A DNA stretch of 30,124 nt from Malacoraja senta (taxonomy: Eukaryota): contig JAXLNO010000101.1 in the NCBI GenBank assembly GCA_038087875.1, positions 186,001 to 216,124 of the forward strand, given 5' to 3'. The translations under genes were made by a program, and so were the position numbers. Below are positions 20,370 to 30,124 of this stretch, in pieces. The notes under the pieces are model-generated. The model saw only the letters and a program-made list of their open reading frames with translations, had not been told where the DNA came from and did no database searches. Position 1 is the first letter of the stretch. Each line of letters opens with the position of its first letter.

Positions 20370-22800
20370 AACTTGGCCTCACTATCTCCATCGCAGGTGA
20401 TAGACTTCTGACCGACATCCACTATAAACCTATTGACTCACATACCTATCTGGACTACACTTCTTCCCACCCTGCTTCCAGTAAGGACTCCATCCCCTAC
20501 TCTCAATTCCTCCGTCTACGCCGCATCTGCTCCCAGGATGAAGCGTTCCACACCAGGGCATCCGAAATGTCCTCATTCCTCAGGGAACGGGGGTTCCCCT
20601 CCTCCACCATAGATGAGGCTCGCACCAGGGTCTCTTCCATACCCCGCAACACTGCTCTCTCTCCCCATCCCCCCCACTCACAACAAGGGCAGAGTCCCTC
20701 TAGTCCTCACCTTTCACCCCACCAGCCGTCACATACAACAACAAGTAATCCTCCGTCAGTTTCGCCACCTCCAACGTGACCCCACCACTCGCCACATCTT
20801 CCCATCTCCCCCCATGTCTGCCTTCCGCAAAGACCGCTCCCTCCGTAACTCCCTTGACAATTCTTCCCTTCCCTCCCGTACCACCCCCTCCCCGGGCACT
20901 TTCCCTTGCAACCGCAAGAGATGCAACACTTGTCCCTTCACCTCTCCCCTCGACTCCATTCAAGGACCTAAGCAGTCGTTCCAGGTGCGACAGAGGTTCA
21001 CCTGCATCTCCTCCAACCTCATATATTGCATCCGCTGCTCTAGATGTCAGCTGATCTACATCGGTGAGACCAAGCGGAGGCTTGGCGATCGTTTGATCGA
21101 ACACCTCCGGTCGGTCCGCAATAACCAACCTGACCTCCCGGTGGCTCAGCACTTCAACTCCCCCTCCCATTCCGTAACCGACCTCTCTGTCCTGGGTCTC
21201 CTCCATGGCCAGAGCGAGCAACACCGGAAATTGGAGGATACATAGATACATAGATACATAGAAAATAGGTGCAGGAGTAGGCCATTCGGCCCTTCGAGCC
21301 TGCACCGCCATTCAATATGATCATGGCTGAATATGATCAATATGAACCTTCTCTGCACCTTCTCTGCACTCCCTCTATGGCTATAATGTCCTTCCTCAGA
21401 TTTGGAGACCAAAACTGTACGCAATACTCCAGCTGTGGTCTCACCAAGACCCTGTACAACTGCAGTAGAACCCCCCTGCTCCTATACTCAAATCCTCTTG
21501 CTATGAAGGCCAACATACCATTCGCTTTCTTCACTGCCTGCTGCACCTGCATGCCTACTTTCAATGACTGGTGTACCATGACACCCAGGTCTCGCTGCAT
21601 CTCCCCAGTTCCTAATCGGCCACCATTTAGATAATAGTCTGCCTTCCCGTTTTTGCCACCAAAGTGGATAACCTCACATTTATCCACATTATACTGCATC
21701 TGCCAAACATTTGCCCACTCACCCAGCCTATCCAAGGCACCTTGCAGTCTCCTAGCATCCCCCTCACAGCTAACACTGCCCCCCAGCTTAGTGTCATCCG
21801 CAAACTTGGAGATGTTGCTTTCAATTCCCTCGTCCAGATCATTAATATAAATTGTAAATAGCTGGGGTCCCAGCACTGAGCCTTGCGGTACCCCACTAGT
21901 TACTGCCTGCCATTGTGAAAAGGACCCGTTTACTCCTACTCTTTGCTTCCTGTTTGCCAGCCAGTTCTCTATCCACATCAATACTGAACCCCCAACACCG
22001 TGTGATTTGAGTTTGTATCCTAATCTGTTATGTGGTACCTTGTCGAAAGCCTTCTGAAAGTCCAGATACAACACATCCACTGGTTCTCCCCTATCCACTC
22101 TACTAGTTACATCCTCAAAAAATTCTATAAGATTCGTCAGACACGATTTACCTTTCGTAAATCCATGCTGACTTTGTCCAATGATTTCACCACTTTCCAA
22201 ATGTGCTGCTATCCCATCTTTAATAACTGGCTCTAGCAGTTTCCCCACTACCGATGTTAGACTAACTGGTCTGTAATTCCCCGTTTTCTCTCTCCCTCCC
22301 ATCTTAAAAAGTGGGGTTACGTTTGCTACCCTCCAATCCTCAGGAACTACTCCAGAATCTAAAGAGTTTTGAAAAATTGTCACTAATGCATCCACTATTT
22401 CTGGAGCTACTTCCTTAAGTACTCTGGGATGCAGCCTATCTGGCCCTGGTGATTTATCGGCCTTTAATCCATTCAATTTACCCAACACCACTTCCCGACA
22501 GGAACAGCACCTCATATTCCGCTTGCGGAGTCTGCATCCTGGGGGCATGAACATTGAATTCTCCCTACTCTATTAGCCCTCCCCTTCCTCAACCCTCGGG
22601 CTGTCTCCTCCCATCCCTCAGCCCTCGGGCTCCTCCTCCGCCTTTTTCCTTTCTTCTCCCCACCCCCCATCATTCCGAAGTAGGGTTTCGGCCCGAAACG
22701 TTGCCTATTTCCTTCGCTCCATAGATGCTGCTGCACCCGCTGAGTTTCTCCAGCATTTTTGGGTTCCTTCGATTTTCCAGCATCTGCAGTTCCTTCTTAA
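20370..22800 (+). mobile_element. Penelope-like element (RT C-terminus, GIY-YIG endonuclease, terminal repeat), interrupted by a CR1 at 21239-22499
   Basis: YKPIDSHTYLDYTSSHP...SIPYSQFLRLRRICS; NLIYCIRCSRCQLIYIGETKRRLGDRLIEHL; ORF resumes at ~22501 (EQHLIFRL.SLHPGGMNIEFS); hammerhead-like motif at 22675-22702. Confidence 0.93.
21239..22499 (-). mobile_element. 5'-truncated CR1 LINE (RT domain largely open), internally deleted before the 3' UTR, (TCTATGTA)n tail
   Basis: ORF 21337-22554: KSPGPD, NYRPVSLTSVVGK, YLDFQKAFDKVPH, GVPQGSVLGP, FADDTKL; AGGA flanks both ends (21235-21238, 22500-22503). Confidence 0.95.
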
Positions 22801-22826
22801 ATACCTATTGCCACTGCCGAGTTGCC

Positions 22827-25800
22827 CACACAAGGACATAGTGATGAACCCGGCTATAAATACTGACGGTGATACCACGTGTGGAGAAACGTGCACACAC
22901 TGGACCAATAGTCATTGAATCACACAGCAGAGAAATAGGCCGAAATACTGTGTGTGTGTCTGCTGTCCAATTACTAAATGCCATCTACCAGCACTTAGTC
23001 TGCAGAATATTATGCCCTGGCACTATCGTTATTCAGGAAAGCGATACTTACATTCGACTCGGGGCAGAGACAGAATTGGAGACGTATCCGTCGCATCAAG
23101 TGGCTCTCAAAGGTGAACAATTGATCAGATCATCCATTCTGTGCAGTTCGTAAGAACAACAAATGAATGTATTGACCCCGACATCGGGACTTCTGCGAGG
23201 CCTTTGCAGGATAGATTTTCAGAGAATTACAGCCCGCATATGGATAATCACATTAGGATCATCGTTCAGAATAAGAATTCACCTTGGAGTGACTGAAGAT
23301 AGATGTAAAATATTCTCGCAGATATAACTGAATCTACAGTATTAACTACCCCAGAAAACAAGAATGACCATTAGTGAAATGTAAACAGGGTTGGGGCGAA
23401 GGTATTTGTGGCAAATAGGGAAATCAACACTGATGAGACCTGAGTGGAAGTGAATATGGAATCAAAAACAGTTTGTAATTATGATATTGAATTGTCAAAC
23501 AGACTTGAGCTTGGCATTGTGCGTGTGACCGTGTGTACCTGTGTCTGCTGGGAGAAGAATGGCTGTTATCTCCAAACCACGGACCTCGGAGTCTGCTCGC
23601 CCTCTGTCAGTGCTTCCAAGGCCCCAATGCCCCCGGACCTCAGTCAGTGAGGATAGGGGACAGCATCTCCTCCATAATCACTCTCGACATCGGTGCCCTG
23701 CAAGGATGCGTTCTTGGCCTCCATCTATACTCCCTTTACACTCTCGACTGTAGGGACACATTTGGCTTTAATGACATCTACAGGTTTGCTCACAACCCTA
23801 TTGTGTTGGGTCACATCGAGAATAATGACAATATGGAGTACAGGAGGTAGATAGAGAACTAAGATTCATGGTACCAGGACAATAATCTTCCCCTCAATGT
23901 CCGCAGGACGATGAGGCTAGTTATTGACTTCAGGAAGCATGGTGCAGGACATGCCCAATCAGCATCAATGGTGCAGAAGTGGAAATGGTTGACAGCTTCC
24001 CCTTTGTGTTAATACTATCAAAGGGCTGTCGTGGATCACAGATGTAACAATCCAGAAGGCGCACTAACCCCTTTATATCCCGTTGTGACAGATAAATCTC
24101 GGCATGTCTCCAGTGACTCTTCCAAACTTCGATAGATGCACCAAGGACAGTATAATGTAGAACTGCTTCTTTTGAGAAAAGCTCTGCCTGAGAACGCAAG
24201 CAATTGCAGAGATTTGTAGATGTAGCCAAGTCCATCACACAGTCCAGACGTCAAGTATCAAGTATCAAGTTTCCTTTATTATCATTCAGACCTTTCGGTC
24301 TGAACGAAATTGTGATGCCTGCAGTCATACACAGAACCAATAACAAAACATACAATAAACACAAATTAAACATCCACCACAGTGGTTTCACCAAGCACAC
24401 CCTCACTGTGATGGAGGCAAAGTCTTAGTCTCCGTCTCTTCCCTCCTTGTTCTCCCTCTGCGCTGAGGCGATCGATCCAGGCCGAAGATGCCGCCCTCCA
24501 GTCCAGCGGACCTCCGTGGTGATGTCGCCGCCGCCGAAAGGCGGAACGCCGTCTCCGCTCCGAGACGGCCCGCCACAGCATCAGCCCCGGGTCCCGCAGT
24601 CGCCGCTCCGGGCCACCCCCCCCCCAGCTCCAGGCCCTGCAGTCTCCGCTCCGGACCCCGCCGCACCAGCTCCAGGTCCCGCATTCTCCGCTCCGGACCC
24701 CGCTGCATCAGCTCCAGGCCGCCGCCGAAAGCTAGAACGCCGCACCAGCAAGTCGGGCCACCGCTGCCTCAGCCCCGAAGACGGCCATCATCTCGTTGGT
24801 AAGTCCTGGCTGGCTCTGCCTCCGTAGCCTCGGGGTCGGTCGCAGGATGGAGGCGGCCAGATCCGCCATTAGGCCTCACCGCAGACGGAGGCAGGGAAGG
24901 GGGATACGACACGAAAAAGTCGCATTCCCCCGAAGGAGGAGACAGAGGACATGTTTCTCCCCCCCTAACACAACCCAACAAACTCAAACTTAACAAAACA
25001 GGACAAAAAAAACCAACAGAAAAAGTAAAAACAGACGGACTGCAGGCGAGCCGCAGCCGATTAACAGCGCCGCCACTTCCGGACGTCTCACCACTGATTC
25101 CATCTACACTTTACGCTGCCTCGGAAAAGCAGCCAATATTATCAAAGACCTGTTTCACCTCGACCATTCCTTGTTCCCCCTGCTCCAGTCAGCAGGAAGT
25201 GCACACACGTGAAAGCGCGCACCACCAGTAGCTTCTTCTCGTCCGTTATCGGGATTATTAATGGTCCTTCCATAAGCTATGGTGCTGTTGAATTCACAAG
25301 ACTCCTTTGAGGACATTGGACTGAGTCTCTGGAGCTGATGCGCTACATTGCTGAAACTATATTCTGCACACTGTATCTTCTCCTTTGCTCTATCTGTTAT
25401 ACGTGAGTTTGAAATGATTGTACCTATGCACGGAATATCTGGTTGCCTGGATAACATGCAAACACAGTTTATTTCCCACTCTATCTCGGTATATTTCACA
25501 ATAATAATCCTAATCCTTCATCTGTACCTGAAACCTAATGTGCCTCGCATCTTCATTGTTTACAACTCCGCCAAGCCAGTGGGAGGTCTCAAAGGTGAGA
25601 TCAGTATTGCATCATCTGTCGCTCTAGCTGCGCACTTCAGAACAGTTAAATAAAAGTTTATGCATCTGCTTGAATTAATCTTTTGTGTTTTTACCAAAAG
25701 CTCAAATTCTACAACTGTGAATGTCCGTTTCTTAGGACAAAGATAGACCAGAATTCCGCAATGCGCTTTGCGCAGATGTTGTTCATTCTTACACATTTAC

Positions 25801-26265
25801 GGATACATTAGGATTTGATGAGAATAAAGAACGATATTCAGCATGATATTCCGCAGCTCGAATTATAGTCTGCATTCTGTTTCTTCGTATTTGCTCCATC
25901 CATTGTACACGTTTGAACTGTTTGTATCTACATATGATATATGTGAAACGTTTGGATAGCATGCAATACAAAGATTTACACTGTACCCATGTATCCATGA
26001 CAGTCATAGACCTCATCAAAGCTGGCCAAACATAATGATCTGCGGTGAGTAACAACCATGACCAGTTCGGACTATGACGGAGACTGGAGACGATGAAGAT
26101 TGGGGACCATGGTGATAAACAAGAGAAGGTGATGATTGTTTTTTAACAACAGATGAAATGTTGGACAAGTGTAAAGAGAAGCCGACGAGAGGGGATAGGA
26201 TGAACAACACAGTAAATTGCTGATCATAATCAGGAGACTGAAGTAATTGCCGAGCGTCTGAGACT
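22827..26265. repeat. Segmental duplication, right copy (Z' 22827-23545, Rex1 fossil 23570-25500, Y' 25520-25860, Rex1 tail, X'' 26030-26265)
   Basis: Collinear with 16780-19495; Rex1 fossil reads GALQGCVLGLHLYSLYT. Confidence 0.85.
24253..25081 (-). mobile_element. Apparently full-length non-autonomous GC-rich retroposon inserted in a Rex1 fossil
   Basis: 5' end GGAAGTGGCGGCG (minus strand), tail (ACTTGAT)n, stem-loop at 24373-24415, target duplication GACGTC (24247-24252 / 25082-25087), internal tandem CCAGCTCCAGG...CCGCTCCGGACCCC units. Confidence 0.8.
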
Positions 26266-26643
26266 GAAGAAGAAGAAGAAGAAGAAGAAGAAGAAGAAGA
26301 AGAAGAAGAAGAAGAAGAAGAAGAAGGAGAAGAAGAAGAAGAAGAAGAAGAAGAAGAAGAAGAAGAAGAAGAAGAAGAAGAAGAAGAAGAAGAAGATGAA
26401 GAAGGAGAAGAAGAAGAAGAAGAAGAAGGAGAAGGAGTAGAAGAAGAAGAAGATGAAGAAGGAGAAGAAGAAGAAGAAGAAGAAGAAGGAGAAGAAGAAG
26501 AAGAAGAAGAAGAAGAAGAAGGAGAAGAAGAAGAAGAAGAAGAAGTAGAAGAAGAAGTAGAAGAAGAAGATGTAGAAGAAGGAGAAGAAGGAGAAGAAGG
26601 AGAAGAAGAAGGAGGAGAAGAAGGAGAAGAAGGAGAAGAAGGA
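26266..26643. repeat. (GAA)n / GGA polypurine microsatellite, ~380 bp
   Basis: Long GAA run with GGA/GAT/GTA interruptions. Confidence 0.98.
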
Positions 26644-26659
26644 GACAGGATCTACTCAG

Positions 26660-27620
26660 AAGAGTCAGAGAGACACACAGCGCGCAAAGAGGCCATTCAA
26701 CCCAGCTTGCCCCTGCTGAGCAACAAGCATCATCGACGCTAGGCCCACCTATCAGATTAAGGCAATACCCCTCCATCTATGTACATCTCTAAATGTTTCT
26801 TATATATTGTCACAGCACCTGCCTCATTTATCTCATCCAGCAGCTCGATCCATAAACCTACCATGCTCTGTTTACATAATTTATCGCTCAGGTTCCGATT
26901 CAATCTTTCACCCCTCACATTGAAACATGTCCTCTGGTTTAATCCCTGACTCTGGATGAAAATCTGTACATATACCCTATCTATTCCTCTCATGATCTTG
27001 TACACCTCTATAATATCACCCCTCATCCTCCTGCGTTCCAATAAATAAAGTCCAAGCCTCCTCAACCTCTCCACACCGCTCAGGCACTCGAGTATCTTTC
27101 TACATCCTAGTCAACCTCTTCTGTACCCTTCCCAGCTTAACACCATCTTTCCTCCAACAGGATGACCAAAACTGAACAAAATACTCTGTGAGGCCTCACC
27201 AATGTCTTCTCGAACTGTAATATGACCTCCCAACATCTATATTCAACACTCTGATTGATGAAGGCCAATGTGCCAAATGCCTTGACCACACTTTCTACAT
27301 GTGACGCCACTTTCAAGGAGCTATGTACCTGCACTGCTGGGTTCCTCTCCACTGCAACACTCACCAGAGCCCTGCAATTCACTCTACAAGTCATGCGCTG
27401 GTGTGACTTCTGAAAATGCAAAGCTTCACTATTCTCTACATTCAACGCCATCAACAATTGCTCAACCCACCTGTTCATCTGATCAAGGTCCTGCTTTTAT
27501 TCTGAACAACTATCATCGCTATCTACCATATCACCACCCTTATTGACATCTGCAAACTTCCAAATTCTACTTTGTATTTCCTCATCCAAATCATTGATAT
27601 AGGTGACAAACAGCACCGAA
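26660..27620 (-). mobile_element. Degenerate CR1 LINE 3' part
   Basis: MERLRRLGLYLLERRRMRGDIIEVYKIM; AFGTLAFINQSVEYRCWEVILQ. Confidence 0.85.
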
Positions 27621-27635
27621 ACCTGAAGTGTGTAA

Positions 27636-27785
27636 GAATCACAGAATCATAGAAAATATGTGCAGGAGTAGGTCGTTCGGCCCTTCGAGCCAGCAGCGCC
27701 ATTCAATATGATCATGTCTGATCATCCAAAATCAGTAGCCCGTTCCAGCTTTCTCCCCATATCCTTTGATTCCGTTAGCCCTAAG
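27636..27785 (-). mobile_element. CR1 3' UTR fragment
   Basis: Reverse complement of the CR1 tail seen at 21240-21330. Confidence 0.8.
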
Positions 27786-27789
27786 ATCT

Positions 27790-28900
27790 TCCTCATTGGA
27801 GACATGCCGAATTTCCTCAGGTTCCTATTGGTGTGCTTTATTGGTTGTCGCTTCAATATGATCGGTCCATGACAAGTCATTGGTAATATTAATGCCAAGC
27901 TATTTCAAGTTCTCAACCATTTCCACTTTGGCCCTATTGATACAGATTGAGGCAGGGTACTCTATCAAGATTCCTGAACACAATAACTAGCTCCCTGTTG
28001 CTGGCATTGAGTGACAGAGTGATCTCCTGACACACACCGTGTTGCTAAGCTCCCCGTCTTCCTCTTGTGTTCCGTCTAGTCCTTGTTCATCATCCGCCCA
28101 CCACAGAGTTGTCACCTGCAGACTTGTAGATGTGGTTAAAGCCGAATTTGGGCGCACAGTCCTGAGTGTATCGTGAGGACAGTAGGGGACTGCATCCGAG
28201 CCAGTTGCTATCAACAGATTCACTCTCAGGGTGGCCGATCTTACGCCTGTGGCAGTACCGTTGGTACAGATGAACCCGAGACTGAGGGAGCGGGAGACAT
28301 TCCTCCAGACATTCTGTTCTAAGCGGGCGGAGAATGCGGGTATCCGTCTCATTGCCTCCTGTCTCCAGCTTGGTCCGGAATTCCCTCTTGGCATCCTTAA
28401 TGGCTCTGCGATGGCCATTGATAGATTTCCTGTGCCGCACGGCATAGTTTGACTTTAACGCTGTAGACTTGGTTCGGCACGTTGGCGCAGCGGTAGAGTT
28501 GATGCCTTACAGCGCCAGGGACCCGGGTTCGATCCTGACTACGGATGCTGTCCGTACGGAGTTTGCACATTCTCTCCGTGACCTGCGGGAGGTTTCTCCG
28601 CGCGCCCCGGTTTCCTCCCACACTCCTAAGGCGGACAAGTTTGTAAGTTAATTGGTTTGATATCATTGTAAATTAACCACAGTGTACATCGGATAATGTT
28701 AATGTACGGGGATCGCAGGTCAGCGCTGACTCTGTGGGCCGAAGGGCCTGTTTCCGGGCTGTATCTCTGAACTAAACGAAACTTGGGCTTCACCTGTGAG
28801 TGGAGCTCACGGTTCACCCATGGTTTCCGTTTGGTGAATAAACGTATCGCATTATGTGGTCCACAGTCCTCTCCATACTTGCTGATGGAGTCCATGACTA
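27790..28900 (-). mobile_element. Degenerate Rex1/Babar LINE, interrupted by the SINE at 28471-28780
   Basis: RRAIKDAKREFRTKLE; YTQDCAPKFGFNHIYKSAGDNSVVG; KPWVNRELHS. Confidence 0.7.
28471..28780 (+). mobile_element. tRNA-derived SINE (HE1-like), full length
   Basis: A box TGGCGCAGCGG, B box GGTTCGATCC, 3' end GGGCCGAAGGGCCTGTTTCC...TGTATCTCT shared with CR1/HER1; ACTTGG at both junctions. Confidence 0.88.
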
Positions 28901-28904
28901 TAGA

Positions 28905-29700
28905 TGTGATGTGGTAGCAAAACCAGGAAGGCAGATTACTATCTAAATGGCGCCAAGTTGGGAAAAGGGAAAGTACAGTGGGATCTGGGGGTCCTTGTAC
29001 TTCAGTCTATGAAAGTAAGAATGCAGGTACAGCAGGCAGTGAAGAACGTGAATGGCATGTTGGCCTTTATAACAAGAGGAATCGAATTTAGGAGCAAAGA
29101 GGTCCTTCTACAGTTGTACGGAGCCCCAGTGAGACCACACCTGGAGTATTGTGTGCAGGGTTGGTCCCCTAATTTGAGGAAGGACATTATTGCTATTGAG
29201 GGAGTGCAGCGTAGGATTACAAGGTTAATTCCCGGGATGGCGGGACTGACATATGCTGAGAGAATGGAGCAGATGGGCTTGTACACACTGGAATTTAGAA
29301 GGATGAGAGGGGATCTTATTGAAACATATGAGATTGTTAAGGGTTTGGACACGCTAGAGGCAGGAAACATGTTCCCGATGTTGGGGGAGTCCAGAACCAG
29401 GGGCCACAGTTTAAGAATAAGGGGTAAGCCATTTAGAACGGAGACCAGGAAACACTTTTTCTCACAGAGAGTGGTGAGTCTGTGGAATTCTCTGCCTCAG
29501 ACGGCGGCGGAGGCGGGTTCTCTGGATGCTTTCAAGAGAAAGCTAGATAGGGCTCTTAAAAATTGCGGAGTCAGGTGATATGGGGAGAAGGCAGGAACGG
29601 GGTATTGATTGTGGATGATGAGCCATGATCACATTGAATTGCGGTGCAGGCTCGAGGGGCCGAATGGCCTACTGCACCTATTGTCTATTGTCTATTGTCT
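28905..29700 (+). mobile_element. CR1 LINE 3' part with (CTATTGT)n tail
   Basis: ORF 28958-29578 [10 protein letters not shown]...LEFRRMRGDLIETY; tail CTATTGTCTATTGTCTATTGT. Confidence 0.93.
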
Positions 29701-29865
29701 ATATATACTAGTCCACCGACTCAACACTGTTAATGATTCAATTGTCCTTTATTGTCACATACACTTTGGTGCGGTGAAATTCTTGCTTTCCATATAATCC
29801 TTAAAGTCAAACTCTAGACAAGCACAAGGATAGATCAGTACAAATGTGCAACGATTTCAAGGGAA

Positions 29866-29997
29866 GTGTCAAGGGATATGGGGGACAAGCAGGGACTGCG
29901 TACTGGTTTTTGATGATCAGCCATGATCATATTGAATAGCGGTACTGGCTCGAAGGGCCTAATGGCCCATTCCTGCACATATTTTCTATGTTTCTAC
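29866..29997 (+). mobile_element. CR1 3' UTR fragment
   Basis: GGGATATGGGGG...GATGATCAGCCATGATCATATTGAAT...CTCGAAGGGCC. Confidence 0.75.
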
Positions 29998-30124
29998 GAT
30001 TGTAGTGTAAGTATACTAGACTTCACCGAGGCTTGCACAAATAGTCGCCACGCTTCTGCCGCCAACTTGTGTATTTAAATGTTCAAAGTTATTTTTGGTA
30101 GAGTGTTTTATCTTGGCCTTAACG

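Noticed and set aside
22841..22870. C/D box snoRNA (GTGATGA...CTGA)
   Set aside because: Boxes too close together, no terminal stem, and box C is not conserved in the paralogue at ~17806
24366..24996. Pro/Arg/Ala-rich ORFs in GC-rich elements (also 11772-12237, 16106-16503, 19766-20348)
   Set aside because: Stop-poor GC-rich repeat sequence open in several frames on both strands, with no recognisable domains
26072..26776. 234-aa poly-Leu ORF
   Set aside because: Translation of the (TTC)n strand of the microsatellite
28471..28555. tRNA genes (also ~10780, ~11294)
   Set aside because: A/B boxes are the heads of tRNA-derived SINEs with CR1-like tails; no complete cloverleaf

Overview
Eukaryotic, repeat-dense vertebrate DNA. 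The repeat complement (HE1-like tRNA SINEs sharing 3' ends with CR1/HER1-type LINEs, Rex1/Babar LINE fossils, Penelope elements) suggests a cartilaginous fish such as a skate, ray or shark; this is inference. Bases 1-~7740 are the 3' part of a class I (gamma-like, HERV-I-related) endogenous retrovirus. It comprises the end of gag, an amber readthrough codon followed by an intact H-type pseudoknot, pro-pol broken by two nonsense codons and a ~1.04-kb TIR DNA-transposon insertion, a fully open 634-aa env, and a 3' LTR. The most striking observation is that the Env surface subunit appears to start with an immunoglobulin V-set domain of the CD300/pIgR type. The remaining ~22 kb is nested retroelement debris, with degenerate Penelope hammerhead motifs and microsatellites. 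Embedded in it is an old tandem segmental duplication (2-3 copies) with islands of near-identity and conserved minus-strand splice donors, which may be duplicated promoters or first exons. No intact host protein-coding gene is recognisable.
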